Origin: Candidatus Poriferisocius sp.
Lineage (GTDB): Bacteria > Actinomycetota > Acidimicrobiia > Acidimicrobiales > Bin134
Length of the DNA stretch: 64,000 bases
Direction of reading: 5' to 3'
Assembly (NCBI RefSeq): GCF_965208475.1
Contig: NZ_OZ242338.1
Location: 1,555,177-1,619,176, forward strand
Below the pieces are notes generated by a model. That model had not been told where the DNA came from, did no database searches, and saw only the letters and a program-made list of their open reading frames with translations. Shown here one piece after another: positions 48,073-58,951 of this stretch. Position 1 is the stretch's first letter, and each line of letters opens with the position of its first letter. The translations under genes were made by a program, and so were the position numbers.

Positions 48073-49512
48073 ATGAAGATCTGCGTTATCGATGTGGGCA
48101 CCAGCAGCATCCGCTCGGCGGTGACCGACGGGCACCGGGTGACCTGCTTTCGCCAGCGGCGCACGCCGCCTGACTTGCCCGAGCCGGGACTGGTGGAGTT
48201 CGACGCCAACGAGATGGCCGGAGTCATCCTCCAGACCGCCACTGAGGTGATCGAAGAGGTGGGGGGCGTCGACGCCGTGGCTGTGACCAACCAGCGGGGA
48301 TCGGCGGTGGTTTGGGACCGCCGAACCGGCGAACCAGTAGGCCCGGCCTTGGGCTGGCAGGATCTCCGCACCGTGGGCGAATGCCTGGGGTGGCAGGCCG
48401 AGGGGCTCCGGCTGGTGCCCAACGAGTCGGCCACCAAGCTGGTCTGGCTGCTCGACCAGCACGACCCCGACCGCACCCGGGACCTCTGTTTCGGCACCGT
48501 GGACACCTGGGCGGTGTGGTGCCTGTCGCAAGGCGCCAGCCATGTGGTGGACCCCTCCAACGCGGCCATGAGCGGGATGCTGGCCGATGACGGAAGCTGC
48601 TGGTCGGCCGAGATCACCGACAGGATCGGAGTTCCCCGCAGCTGCCTGCCCGAGATCGTGGACTCCACCGGAGTGGTGGGCACCGCCGCTGCCCTGCCCG
48701 GTGCCCCTCCGATCGCCGGGATCATCGGCGACCAGCAGTCATCGCTGATCGGACAGCGCTGCGTGCTCGAAGGACTGGCCAAGCTCACTTTCGGCACCGG
48801 CGCCTTCCTCGACGTGTGTACCGGCCCCGACCGGCCGATCTCAGACAAGCGCAGCGACCGGGGAACGTTCCCCATCGTGGCCTGGCAGGAAAGCGGGGCC
48901 ATCGTTTGGGGGGTGGAGGCCATGATGATCGCCGCCGGGTCGAACATGAGCTGGCTGATCGACGACGCGGGCCTGCTGGCCGACGCGGCCGAGTCGGCCG
49001 AGTTGGCCGGCAGCGTGGCCGATTCTGGCGGGGTGGTGTATGTGCCGGCCCTGTACGGACTGGGCACTCCGCACTGGGACTTCGGCGCCCGGGCCGCGCT
49101 GTTCGGCATCACCGGGGGAACCACCGCGGCCCACATTGTGCGGGCGGTGTTCGACGGGGTGGCCCAGCGAGCCGCCGACTTGATGGAAGCGGCCGAGGCA
49201 GACAGCGGCTACCGCATTGAGCAGATCCGAGTGGACGGCGGGATGTCGCAGAATCCGGTGTTCATCCAGATCCTGGCCGACACCCTGGGCCGGACCGTGG
49301 AGTTGTGCCCGGTGCCGGAGGGCACTGCGCTGGGCGCGGCGGTGCTGGCCGGGCGGGCGCTGGGCCAGTGGTCGAGCTGGCAGGCGGTGGCCGAATCCTG
49401 GTCGCCCCGCGCGGTGGTCGAGCCGCAGGGGGCTGTGGACCGCGACCGCTGGCAAGATGCCGTGGAGCGGGCCTCCCGCTGGTACCCCGAGCTCTCCGAT
49501 ATCGGCCTTTAG
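48073..49512 (+). CDS. FGGY carbohydrate kinase (glycerol kinase-like)
   Basis: IDVGTSS, TNQR, WQDLRT, GDQQSSL, TFGTGAF, GLGTPHWD, RVDGG. Confidence 0.88.
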   Translation: MKICVIDVGTSSIRSAVTDGHRVTCFRQRRTPPDLPEPGLVEFDANEMAGVILQTATEVIEEVGGVDAVAVTNQRGSAVVWDRRTGEPVGPALGWQDLRTVGECLGWQAEGLRLVPNESATKLVWLLDQHDPDRTRDLCFGTVDTWAVWCLSQGASHVVDPSNAAMSGMLADDGSCWSAEITDRIGVPRSCLPEIVDSTGVVGTAAALPGAPPIAGIIGDQQSSLIGQRCVLEGLAKLTFGTGAFLDVCTGPDRPISDKRSDRGTFPIVAWQESGAIVWGVEAMMIAAGSNMSWLIDDAGLLADAAESAELAGSVADSGGVVYVPALYGLGTPHWDFGARAALFGITGGTTAAHIVRAVFDGVAQRAADLMEAAEADSGYRIEQIRVDGGMSQNPVFIQILADTLGRTVELCPVPEGTALGAAVLAGRALGQWSSWQAVAESWSPRAVVEPQGAVDRDRWQDAVERASRWYPELSDIGL

Positions 49513-49571
49513 GAATCAACCGCCAAAACCCCTTCGCCTCAAGATGGCGGGGCTGGCAGACTGGTTGCGAC

Positions 49572-49940
<369 letters not shown>

Positions 49941-49945
<5 letters not shown>

Positions 49946-50441
49946 GTCGGCGCCGCGTTGTACCCATCTGGGCTCGGTCGAGCCGACCCTGGGTACACAG
50001 CAGCCGCAGTCGCTGGCGGTCGGTGAGGCCGTAACGTCGCACCGCCCAAGCCCCTACGGCCAGGCCGACCAGCTCCAGGATTACGAGCACACCCAGCGGC
50101 CTGAACTCGGGCAAGTCGGCGCTGTCCACTGAAACCCCCAGCACGGGCCACCAGAACAGCTCGGTGCGGAGCCACGCCCCATCCAGCACCAGGTACATGA
50201 GCAGCCCGATGGGCAGGCCCAGCCAGCGGCGCCGGACCAGGCGGCGCCGGTGGGTTACCAGCATCACCACCACCAGAACCACCAGTGGGCCAAGCAGGAT
50301 GTGCAGCGCCCACGGACCGCCGACCAGCAGTTCGACCACCGGCAGCACCGATCCGAGCATCACCACCCGGAAGTCCAGCACCGGAGAGTCGAACACCAGC
50401 GCCACCAGCACGAAGCTGAGGGCCGCGAACCAGAAGAACAT
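49941..50441 (-). CDS. Hypothetical membrane protein (possibly metal-dependent hydrolase-like)
   Basis: LDFR...GSVLP, WLGLPIG..LVLDG.W, FWWP; multi-TM. Confidence 0.65.
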
Positions 50442-50463
50442 CGGGCGGGTCTCGGCTAGGCCG

Positions 50464-51186
50464 CTAGGCGCGCACCAAGATGCGGCCGCATTCCTCGCAG
50501 TGGCATATCTCGTCGACCGGTGCGTGGCGGATGCGGTCGACCTCCATGGCCGACAGCGCCAAGTGGCAGCCTTCGCAGGTTCCGTTGCGAAGCCGGGCCA
50601 CCGCCACTCCGCCCATGCTGGACCGCAGGCTCTCATATTTGGCCAGCGCCGCCTCCGCGATGTCGGCGGCCTGTGTGGAGCGGGCCGCGGCCTCCTGGTC
50701 GACCTCGGCCTGCACCACCGCCTCGGCCTCCTCGAGCCGGCGTTGGGCGGCGACCGCCTCGGCTTCGGCTGCTTCGAGGCTCGCCCCCAGGGCCTTCACC
50801 TGGGTGTCGATCTCCTCGATGGCCTCCATGAGCTCCAAGGCATCGCTCTCCATGGTGGAACAGCGGGCTCGCAGCCCGTCGACTTCCTCTTGGAGGGTCA
50901 GCAGTTCGCGAGTGCCGGTGACCTCCCCCGAGTACAGCCGGTCGCGATCCCGCTTGGCTCGGTCTTCCAGGGCAGCCAGTTCGTCCTCGTTCCGCTTGAG
51001 GATCCGCTGAAGCTCCAGCCGTTCGACCTGCATGGACTCCCGCTGTTCGAAGATCCTCTTGCAGTCCTGTTGGCGGGCGGCCAGCGCGGCCCTCTCGGGA
51101 AGGGTGCCGTGGCGGTGGCGGAGTTGGTCGATTCGGGTGTCATGATCCTGCACCGACAACAGGCGTTGGAATTGATCGTTGCTCAC
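50464..51186 (-). CDS. Coiled-coil C4 zinc-ribbon protein (DUF164-like)
   Basis: LL.VQ.HD N-terminus, coiled coil, CEGC and CEECGRIL. Confidence 0.9.
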   Translation of the reverse strand: MSNDQFQRLLSVQDHDTRIDQLRHRHGTLPERAALAARQQDCKRIFEQRESMQVERLELQRILKRNEDELAALEDRAKRDRDRLYSGEVTGTRELLTLQEEVDGLRARCSTMESDALELMEAIEEIDTQVKALGASLEAAEAEAVAAQRRLEEAEAVVQAEVDQEAAARSTQAADIAEAALAKYESLRSSMGGVAVARLRNGTCEGCHLALSAMEVDRIRHAPVDEICHCEECGRILVRA

Positions 51187-53534
51187 GGCTCGATACTAGG
51201 TTCAGCCGCGTCCTCGACATCAGGGCTGGAGCCGGGTTCGGCCGGCGCGCCGGGTTCGGCCGGCGACTCTGAGCCGGCCACCGATCCCACACAGGTGTCG
51301 ACGATGCCGTCGTCATCGGCGTCGAAGGGGAACTGGCCGTCGGGGCACTCCACCTCGATTGACGAGGGGGTCCCGCAGTACAGCGGGATGGGCTCCCCGC
51401 CCTCCACCGCGAATTCGCTGAACCCGCAGGGCTCGACGCCCACGGTGATCAACAGGTCGACGCAGGTGTCGTGGGTGCCGTCGTCGTCGGTGTCCACCGG
51501 CACGATTACCGGCACGATCACCTCGGGGTCTTCGGGCGCGAGCGGTGTCGCGCAGGGCACGCCCACCGTGAACACGTCTTCCAACTCGATCAGGTCGCTG
51601 AGCCGAGGCTCGCCGGGACAGTTCGGGAAGTCCACCACAGCCCGGCCCTCGTGGTAGCTGGTCATGAACCGCCCCCAAGCCATCGCCGGATAGGAGCTGC
51701 CGGTCACCCGGCGCATGGGAATGCGCTCGTTGGGGTTGCCCAGCCACACCGCGGTGGCCAGATGAGGGGTGAACCCGACGAACCAGGCATCGGCCGACTC
51801 CTCGGTCGTGCCGGTCTTGCCCGCGGCAGTCTGGGCGGGCAGCTGGGCTCGGCGCCCGGTGCCGTTGATGACATTGTTCTCCAGCACATCGGTGGCCCAG
51901 CAGGCCGAGCGCGGCGACACCACCCGCTGGCCCGACAGCTCATGCTGGTAGAGCACATTGCCCTGGCGGTCGACAATCCGCTCGATGAAGTACGGCTCAT
52001 AGCGGAATCCACCGGTGGCCATCACCCCGTAGGCGGACGCCATATCGATGGGGTGGACCTCCTCGGAGCCCAGCGGGAGCGACGCCACCGGCTCGAGTTC
52101 GGTGGTGATGCCCATCTTCGACGCGGTGTCGATGACCGGCCCAATTCCCGCTGCCCGCCCCAGCCGCAAGAACGCGCAGTTGGAGGAGACCCTGATCTGA
52201 TCGGTGATGGTATCCACTTGGCCCGGGGAGCTGGCGAAGTTGTTGGCCACATAGGGGTCGGGGACGCCGCCGGGATTGGGAATCTGGCACGGTCCCCGCC
52301 CGCTGATCCGGTCGCTGGGCTGGTACCCCTGCTCGAACAGGGTCATCATCACGAACGTCTTGAACGCCGACCCCGGCTGCCGGGTGCCCTGGGTGGCCAG
52401 GTTGAACTCCTCTTCATCCTGGGCAAATCCTGGTCCGCCCACCACCGCTCGCACCGCCCCGGTATCGGGCTCGAGGGCGACGAGGGCCATGGTGGCCTCC
52501 ACGCCGCCGTGTTCTCCCTCGTTGTACTCAACCAGGGTGGCGGCCACCGCGGCCTCGGCCTGTTGCTGGGCGACGGGGTCGAAGGTGGTGTGGATGCTGA
52601 GGCCGCCGTTGAATACCAGGTTGAAGCGATCCTCAGGACTCCCGCCCAGATACCGGGGGTCGTCTAGGAGCTGCTGTTTCACCTCCTCCACGAAGTAGCT
52701 CCTAGGGGGCAGTTCGATCTCGTCAATCTCGGTGGGCAGCGGCTGGAGGTGGAACAGGTCGGCCTGCTCCTGGGTGATATAGCCCAGCACGGCCAGCCGG
52801 TTCAGCACGATGCGCCGCTGGCGCAGGGCCCCCAAGGGGTTGTAGATGGGGTCATAGCCACTGGGGTTGCTGATGAGAGCAGCCAACAGCGCAGCCTCCC
52901 CCCAACCCAGATCGGCGGCGTCCAGCCCCCAGTACACCTCGGCGGCAGCCTGCACGCCGTAGGCGCCCTGACCGAAGTACACCGTGTTGAGATAGAGGTG
53001 GAGGATCTCGTCTTTGCCCATCTCCCGCTCCAGGCGCTTGGCCATGGCCATCTCCTGGAGCTTGCGCTCGGCCTCGACTTTGTTGCCCACCACCAGGTTC
53101 TTGATGAGCTGCTGGGTGATGGTGGACCCGCCCTGGGTGATGCCCCCGGCGCCGACGTTCTCGAGGCCGGCCCGGAATACCGCGCTGAGGTCGATGCCGG
53201 TGTGCAGGTAGAAGTTCTCGTCCTCGATGGCGATCACCGCGTGCCTCACCTGCTCGGAGATGTCGTCGAGATCCACCAGCCCCCGGTTCTCTACGTAGCT
53301 GAACACATCGATGATCCGGCGGTCGGCGTCGTAGACGTAGGAGCGGATGGACAGCTCGTTCAGGCTCACGTTCTCGGTGAGGTTCACTTCCACCGGGGTG
53401 GACTCCCACGACCTCAGCACATCGGCCGCCGGAGGCCATGCCACGAACAGGGTGGCGGCCAAGGCCAGCGCCAGCATGGGCATGAGCACCGCGAGCCGGA
53501 GCAGGTGGGACAGCCACCTCAGCAAGTCCTTCAC
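51183..53534 (-). CDS. Class A penicillin-binding protein (transglycosylase/transpeptidase)
   Basis: EDENFY.H.G, GGSTITQQ, RK..E, YLN.VYFG; transpeptidase SAFK, SSN, KTGT. Confidence 0.94.
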   Translation of the reverse strand: MKDLLRWLSHLLRLAVLMPMLALALAATLFVAWPPAADVLRSWESTPVEVNLTENVSLNELSIRSYVYDADRRIIDVFSYVENRGLVDLDDISEQVRHAVIAIEDENFYLHTGIDLSAVFRAGLENVGAGGITQGGSTITQQLIKNLVVGNKVEAERKLQEMAMAKRLEREMGKDEILHLYLNTVYFGQGAYGVQAAAEVYWGLDAADLGWGEAALLAALISNPSGYDPIYNPLGALRQRRIVLNRLAVLGYITQEQADLFHLQPLPTEIDEIELPPRSYFVEEVKQQLLDDPRYLGGSPEDRFNLVFNGGLSIHTTFDPVAQQQAEAAVAATLVEYNEGEHGGVEATMALVALEPDTGAVRAVVGGPGFAQDEEEFNLATQGTRQPGSAFKTFVMMTLFEQGYQPSDRISGRGPCQIPNPGGVPDPYVANNFASSPGQVDTITDQIRVSSNCAFLRLGRAAGIGPVIDTASKMGITTELEPVASLPLGSEEVHPIDMASAYGVMATGGFRYEPYFIERIVDRQGNVLYQHELSGQRVVSPRSACWATDVLENNVINGTGRRAQLPAQTAAGKTGTTEESADAWFVGFTPHLATAVWLGNPNERIPMRRVTGSSYPAMAWGRFMTSYHEGRAVVDFPNCPGEPRLSDLIELEDVFTVGVPCATPLAPEDPEVIVPVIVPVDTDDDGTHDTCVDLLITVGVEPCGFSEFAVEGGEPIPLYCGTPSSIEVECPDGQFPFDADDDGIVDTCVGSVAGSESPAEPGAPAEPGSSPDVEDAAEPSIEP

Positions 53535-53632
53535 CAGGCCCCCAACGCTACCGGCCGGTCAGTCGACAGTGGGCGCGCACTACCGGCGACGGTGCGGGCG
53601 CCCGGGCGGGCTCAGCAGGTGCCTCCCGGCCT

Positions 53633-54097
53633 TCAGTAGGAACCGCCCAGCTTGGTGTGGTCCCAGCTGATGGTCTTCTCGGCCTTGACCACGACTGCTG
53701 TGCGCTTCAAAGCCATGCCCTCAGCCGCTTTCGACAGCATTTCCCGTTCGATGTCGGGGTTGTTGCGGGCCATGACCTCCAAGGCGTAGCGGTGGACCAT
53801 CTCGGGGTCGGTGTGCAGCTCGGCATGCCCGTTGATGGCCACGCCGCGGAGCTTGTCGTACTCGAGCCCGTCTTCCAGCAGCAGGGCGATGCGGCTGTCC
53901 CGCTCCAGGTTCTTGATCTTCTGCGACTTGGTGTAGGTCTCGAACACGATGTCGCCGTCCACCACCGCGAACCACAGGGTGCTGAGATGGGGGGTCCCGT
54001 CTTGGTTGATGGTGGCCACCTGGAGGCTCTTCTGCTCATCGATGAAGACTTCTAGCTCTTCGGGAGTGAGGCGGATCTTGTCGCGTCGCTTTGCCAT
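53633..54097 (-). CDS. PPOX-class (pyridoxamine 5'-phosphate oxidase-like) F420-dependent protein
   Basis: ATINQDGTPH, SQKIKNLERD, SWDHTKL. Confidence 0.85.
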   Translation of the reverse strand: MAKRRDKIRLTPEELEVFIDEQKSLQVATINQDGTPHLSTLWFAVVDGDIVFETYTKSQKIKNLERDSRIALLLEDGLEYDKLRGVAINGHAELHTDPEMVHRYALEVMARNNPDIEREMLSKAAEGMALKRTAVVVKAEKTISWDHTKLGGSY

Positions 54098-54137
54098 GTT
54101 CTCAGCTTCGCATACCGAACATTGCCGCGGTCATTCA

Positions 54138-56144
54138 TCAAGCAGCGCCCGGGCCCGCCGGACGATTGTCATTTGTGCGGAATTGGTCCAAGGCCTCGGG
54201 GTTGGCCAGTGCCTCGAGGTTGGCGATGGGCCGCCCGCAGATAGCGTCGCGCACGGCAAGCTCAACCGTCTTGCCGCTGCGGGTGCGGGGAATGTCATCC
54301 ACCGCGCCGATCACCTCCGGCACATGCCTAGGAGTGGCGCCGGCTCGGATCTCTGCGCGGATGGCCGCCTCCAGATCGTCGTCGAGGACAACGCCGTCCG
54401 CCAGCTTCACGAACAGCACCACCCGGGTGTCGCCGCCGACCGGAGCTTCGCCTTCCTCGCCTGCTGCCGGAGTGTCGCCGTCAACCGGCTGGCCCACCAC
54501 CACGCTTTCGACCACCTCGTCCATGGCGTCCACCAGGCGGTAGATCTCGGCGGTGCCGATTCGCACCCCGCCGGGGTTCAACGTGGCGTCGGAGCGGCCG
54601 GAGATCACGAAACCGCCGTGCTCGGTGGCGCAGATGTAGTCGCCCTGGTGCCAGCGGCCCTCGAACCGCCCGTAGTAGGCGGCGCGGTATCGCTCGTCGC
54701 CCCCCTTGCCCCAGAACCTCAGAGGCTGCGATGGGAACGGCGAAGCGCACACCAGCTCGCCGAATTGGCCCCGACCGAGCGGCGAGCCGTCACCGTCGAG
54801 CACTTGGATGTCGAGGCCCAGAGCGGGCCGCTGGATCTCACCCGACCACACCGGCCCGGTGGGGTCGCCGGCCACCAGGCAGCCGCACAGGTCGGTGCCT
54901 CCCGAGATGGAGGCCAAATGCACATCGTCTTTCACCTGGTTGTAGATGTATCCGAAAGCGCCGGGCGACAGCGGAGAGCCGGTCGAGCAGATGGTGCGCA
55001 GCGCGCCCAGGCTGTGGGTGCGGCGGGGCGAGACCCCGGCCTTGCGCAGTGAGTCGATATAGCGGGCCGACGTTCCAAACAGCGTGACCCCGGCGCGGTC
55101 GGCCAGGTCGAACAGGGTGTCCGGATGGGGATGCACGGGATTCCCGTCCCAGACCACCGCAGCAGCCCCCGAGGCCGGCGCCGAGGCCAGCCAGTTCCAC
55201 ATCATCCAGCCGGTGGTGGTGAAGTAGAACACCCGGTCGCCGGGGCGCACGTCGCAGTGCAGTTGGTGCTCGCACAGGTGCTTGAGCAGGATCCCGCCCG
55301 CCCGGTGCACGATGCACTTGGGCCGACCGGTGGTGCCCGAGGAGTACAGCACGTACAGCGGGTGGTCGAAGGGAAGCTGCTCGAATTGGATCGGCCCGGC
55401 GGGATGGGACTCGATCCAGGCGTCGAAGTCCACGGTGCCGCTGGGCGGGTCGTCGAGACCGGTGCGGTTCAGCACCACAGTGACCCCCACGGTGGGCAGG
55501 CCGGCTCGAATCTCAGCCAGGCGTTCTCGACAGTCGAACCGCTGGCCGCCGTAGGAGTATCCGTCAACCGCGATCAGGATCACCGGTTCGATCTGACCGA
55601 AGCGGTCGAGCACTCCGGCGGTGCCGAAGTCGGGCGAGGTGGATGAGAACACCGCACCGATCGATGCCGCGGCCAGCATCACGGCATAGGCCTCGACAAC
55701 GTTGGGCATCCAGCACACCACCCGGTCGCCGGGGCCCACCCCCTGGGCTCGCATGGCCCCGGCCAGCCGGGACACCAGCGCCCGCAGTTCGCCTCGGCTG
55801 GTTTCGGAATAGTCGCCGGCCTCGTTGGCGAACACCATGGCGGTCTCGGCATCGTCGCCGGCCAGCAGGTTCTCGGCGAAGTTGAGCCGGGCCCCGTCGA
55901 AGAACCGCACGTCGGACATGTGCTCGGCCTCCACCACGCCCGCACTCCCCCGCTCTGAGGCCACCACCCCGCAGAAGTCCCACACCGCCGACCAGAAACC
56001 GCCCAGGTCTTCCACCGACCACCGGTGCAGCCTCTCGTATCCCCCGTCGGCCCCGACGTCGATCCCCACCCCGGCGGCAAATCGGGCCAGGTTGGTCTGG
56101 GCAGCTTGATCTGGATCGGGGGCCCATAGCGGCCGGCTGCTCAT
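54138..56144 (-). CDS. Acetoacetate--CoA ligase
   Basis: LNFAENLL, YSSGTTGRPKCIVH, WMMWNW, SISGGTD, GRSDATLNPGGVRIGT, PRTRSGK. Confidence 0.93.
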   Translation of the reverse strand: MSSRPLWAPDPDQAAQTNLARFAAGVGIDVGADGGYERLHRWSVEDLGGFWSAVWDFCGVVASERGSAGVVEAEHMSDVRFFDGARLNFAENLLAGDDAETAMVFANEAGDYSETSRGELRALVSRLAGAMRAQGVGPGDRVVCWMPNVVEAYAVMLAAASIGAVFSSTSPDFGTAGVLDRFGQIEPVILIAVDGYSYGGQRFDCRERLAEIRAGLPTVGVTVVLNRTGLDDPPSGTVDFDAWIESHPAGPIQFEQLPFDHPLYVLYSSGTTGRPKCIVHRAGGILLKHLCEHQLHCDVRPGDRVFYFTTTGWMMWNWLASAPASGAAAVVWDGNPVHPHPDTLFDLADRAGVTLFGTSARYIDSLRKAGVSPRRTHSLGALRTICSTGSPLSPGAFGYIYNQVKDDVHLASISGGTDLCGCLVAGDPTGPVWSGEIQRPALGLDIQVLDGDGSPLGRGQFGELVCASPFPSQPLRFWGKGGDERYRAAYYGRFEGRWHQGDYICATEHGGFVISGRSDATLNPGGVRIGTAEIYRLVDAMDEVVESVVVGQPVDGDTPAAGEEGEAPVGGDTRVVLFVKLADGVVLDDDLEAAIRAEIRAGATPRHVPEVIGAVDDIPRTRSGKTVELAVRDAICGRPIANLEALANPEALDQFRTNDNRPAGPGAA

Positions 56145-56199
56145 TTCCCCCTGCTCCCCGCACCATCAGACACCGGCAAACCGCGGTGGCACTCGAACC

Positions 56200-56541
56200 T
56201 CATGGCCAGACGATATTGGGCTCCGCCAGCCACCACCACCAGGCCGCGGCTGCGACCACTCCGGCCACGAGGGCGACGATGAAGGCCCGCTTGGCCAGCT
56301 TGCGCAGAAACACCAGCGTGGCCACCACGGCGACGACCACTGCCACCAGCGCCACTTCAGGATTGGTCGTGGCGAACTCGACCAGTTCGTCGGGGATCTG
56401 ATCCCGAACATTTGCGGGCAAGCAGTCGAGAGCGCGCTCGGGGAGCTTGTCGATCACTCCGTTGCGCAGTTTTTCCAGCAGATCGGGGTCGACGCAGTCC
56501 AGCCCGTCGGGCAGCTCAGGTGTCTGACCCAGCAATTGCAT
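56200..56541 (-). CDS. Small membrane protein
   Basis: MQLLGQ.. soluble part with two Cys, then two TM helices; GAGAAT 6 nt before ATG. Confidence 0.55.
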   Translation of the reverse strand: MQLLGQTPELPDGLDCVDPDLLEKLRNGVIDKLPERALDCLPANVRDQIPDELVEFATTNPEVALVAVVVAVVATLVFLRKLAKRAFIVALVAGVVAAAAWWWWLAEPNIVWP

Positions 56542-56607
56542 CCCGACATTCTCCCCGACCGGCGGCCTGATTCCGCGCACCCCACTGTCGGCGGCCACAA
56601 TTGGGGC

Positions 56608-57765
56608 ATGGACGGCCTGATGATGATCTCTGCCGACTGCCACGCCAGTGCGCTGCCCGACACCTACCGGCAGTATCTGGATCCCGGCTTCGAAGACGCG
56701 TACGACCAGTGGCTCGGCGACACCGAAGGCAAAAAGAGGAGGAGGGCTGAGCACACCGGCGCGGCCATCTACAGCGAGCAAGCCCTAGAAGAATTCGGCA
56801 CGATCGAGGAGGTGGCCGCCGGCGGCGTTGGCGGTGGCTGGGATTCGGCCCGGCGGCTGCGGGAGCTCGAGGCCGACGGGACAGTGGCCGAGGTGCTGTA
56901 TCCCGGAGCGGGCGACCCTTCGGTGACACCCTTCGACGTTGGACTAATGACCTATCAGTACGATCAGGACCCGGCCCTGTGGCTGGCCGGATGCCGGGCC
57001 TACAACCGCTGGCTGGGCGACTTCTGCAACGAAGCCCCCGGGCGCCGGGCCGGAGTGGGCCTGATCACAGTGGACGACATCGAAACCACAGTGGCCGAGA
57101 TCCAACAGATGCGAGATCTGGGGCTTTTCGGGGGCGTGCTGCTGTGCAGCGGCACCGGCGACAACCCGCTGTACAACCACCCCCGATATGAGCCGGTGTG
57201 GGCGGCCAGCGCGGATGAGGAGCTGCCGGTTCACACCCACTCCGGCTGGACCCCCAACTACGGAGATTTCACCGGCTCGCTGGGCATCTTCCTTACCGAA
57301 ATCAGCTGGTATGCCCACCGCCCGTTCTGGCTGCTCATGTGGTCGGGCGCCTTCGAGCGCCACCCCCGACTTCGCATGGTGATGAACGAGCAGGGGTCTA
57401 CCTGGGCCCCGGCAACGCTGGACGAGTTGGACCACTTCTACGAGCTGGGAATGTTCGACCAACTCCGACGAGACCTGACGCTCAAGCCGAGCGAGTACTT
57501 TCGCCGCCAGGTGTTCCTAGGGGCAGGCTTCACCGATCCCGGTGAAGTGGAGGTGGTGGATCTGCTTGGCGCCGAACAGATGATGTGGGGCTCCGACTAC
57601 CCCCATATCGAGGGCACGTGGCCCCACTCTCAGGAGATGCTGGTCGAGCAGTTCGCCGAGCGGCCTGGCGGCGAACTGGCCCAGCTGGTGGGGGGCAACG
57701 CCGCCGACCTCTACGGGTTCGACGTCGATGCCTTGAGCGCGCTCAGCGCAGATCTGAGAGCTTGA
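56608..57765 (+). CDS. Amidohydrolase family protein (Amidohydro_2)
   Basis: ISADCHA, AYNRWL.DFC, HTH, GAFERHP.L, WGSDYPHIEGTWP. Confidence 0.9.
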   Translation: MDGLMMISADCHASALPDTYRQYLDPGFEDAYDQWLGDTEGKKRRRAEHTGAAIYSEQALEEFGTIEEVAAGGVGGGWDSARRLRELEADGTVAEVLYPGAGDPSVTPFDVGLMTYQYDQDPALWLAGCRAYNRWLGDFCNEAPGRRAGVGLITVDDIETTVAEIQQMRDLGLFGGVLLCSGTGDNPLYNHPRYEPVWAASADEELPVHTHSGWTPNYGDFTGSLGIFLTEISWYAHRPFWLLMWSGAFERHPRLRMVMNEQGSTWAPATLDELDHFYELGMFDQLRRDLTLKPSEYFRRQVFLGAGFTDPGEVEVVDLLGAEQMMWGSDYPHIEGTWPHSQEMLVEQFAERPGGELAQLVGGNAADLYGFDVDALSALSADLRA

Positions 57766-58855
57766 CCAACTCCGGTTCGATCCGCTCCACGTTTCCGGTG
57801 GGGAGGAAGAACCGCCAGAAGATGCTGCCGGAGGGGCGGCCCTCGGTGTCCAGCCAGTTGTACACACCGGGATCTTCGTGGGCGATGACCATCTTGAACG
57901 AGCCGTCGGCCTCCAAGGTGGTGTTGGCCCGGTTGCGGCTGGTGACACGGTTGGCGTAGTCGTAGGTCTGGCCAGCCGCGTTCCACAGGCACACGTTGCC
58001 GAACTTGCACTCCGGCCAGCGCCCGGTCATCACCAGGGCCTCGTCGGGGCCGAGCACATACCGGCCCAGGGTGTAGTAGGCGTCGAAGGCCGCGAAACCC
58101 ATGGTGCCGGGGGGCTGGGGGTCGGGAAGCACGTTGGGCTCGCGGCTGACCCACGTCGGCATGGGGTAGGTGCCGGGGATGGGCTGTTGGAGGGTTTTGC
58201 CCAGCACGTGGTTGTTGACCCGGTTGATGGCCTCGGCCACCGTCTCGTCGGTCCACCGCGTGGCCGGGCCCACCGGCGACAGGCACTCGATGGTGAGGGG
58301 AATGTGGAGCGACTCGTCGGCCGCGGCCGGTTTGGGTACCTCGAAGTAGTGCCGGGTGGTGATCCGGCCCGCGTCGGGGGGCAGGTCCAGCCAATTGCGA
58401 TCCCGGGGCTCGCCGCCCAAGAACACCTCGTAGTTGCCGTCGGCGTCCACGTCGATGTCATCGTCGTTGAGCACGCCGCCGGTGCCGGTGGCGTACTTGC
58501 CGTCGGCAGAGCCCAGCTCCACGGTGAACGACGTGTAGACCGCGCCGGTCAGATTCCCCGTGACCCGGTAGGCCAGGTCGCCGCTAACCGGGGCCTCGAA
58601 GTACACCGCATCGGCGTTGTCGCCGGTGAACTTGCGGGTGGGCGACACGATTCGGCGCCACACCGGCCGCTCGGGGTCGAATTCGGCGTGGGAGAATAAT
58701 GCCGACTGGAGGATGTGCAGCACCAGGCGGTGGCTGTCGGCAATGTCCTGGTCGCCGGACACCCCCCATTCCTCGCCGCAGAAGCGTTCGCTTGCCTCCG
58801 ACAGGGCGTCAACCATCTCGGACCACGCCGCCTGGGTCTTGGTTTGATCGGCCAT
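57743..58855 (-). CDS. DUF1214-domain protein
   Basis: GDNADAVY, YRVTG, DADGNYEV, HEDPGVYNWLDT.G; RBS GGGGAG. Confidence 0.8.
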   Translation of the reverse strand: MADQTKTQAAWSEMVDALSEASERFCGEEWGVSGDQDIADSHRLVLHILQSALFSHAEFDPERPVWRRIVSPTRKFTGDNADAVYFEAPVSGDLAYRVTGNLTGAVYTSFTVELGSADGKYATGTGGVLNDDDIDVDADGNYEVFLGGEPRDRNWLDLPPDAGRITTRHYFEVPKPAAADESLHIPLTIECLSPVGPATRWTDETVAEAINRVNNHVLGKTLQQPIPGTYPMPTWVSREPNVLPDPQPPGTMGFAAFDAYYTLGRYVLGPDEALVMTGRWPECKFGNVCLWNAAGQTYDYANRVTSRNRANTTLEADGSFKMVIAHEDPGVYNWLDTEGRPSGSIFWRFFLPTGNVERIEPELVKLSDLR

Positions 58856-58951
58856 TTCAATCTCCCCCTTGGTTTTCGCCGGACGTTACCGCGCCCGCTT
58901 GGACTCGCCACCATCCACCAAACCGTCATCTCTCGTGGGTATGGTCGCAGC

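Noticed and set aside
46975-48543. N-terminally extended TrpD (522 aa) and extended NagB (5846-7024) as fusions
   Set aside because: The extensions overlap neighbouring real genes; starts at 48027 and 6278 fit the family lengths and upstream signals.
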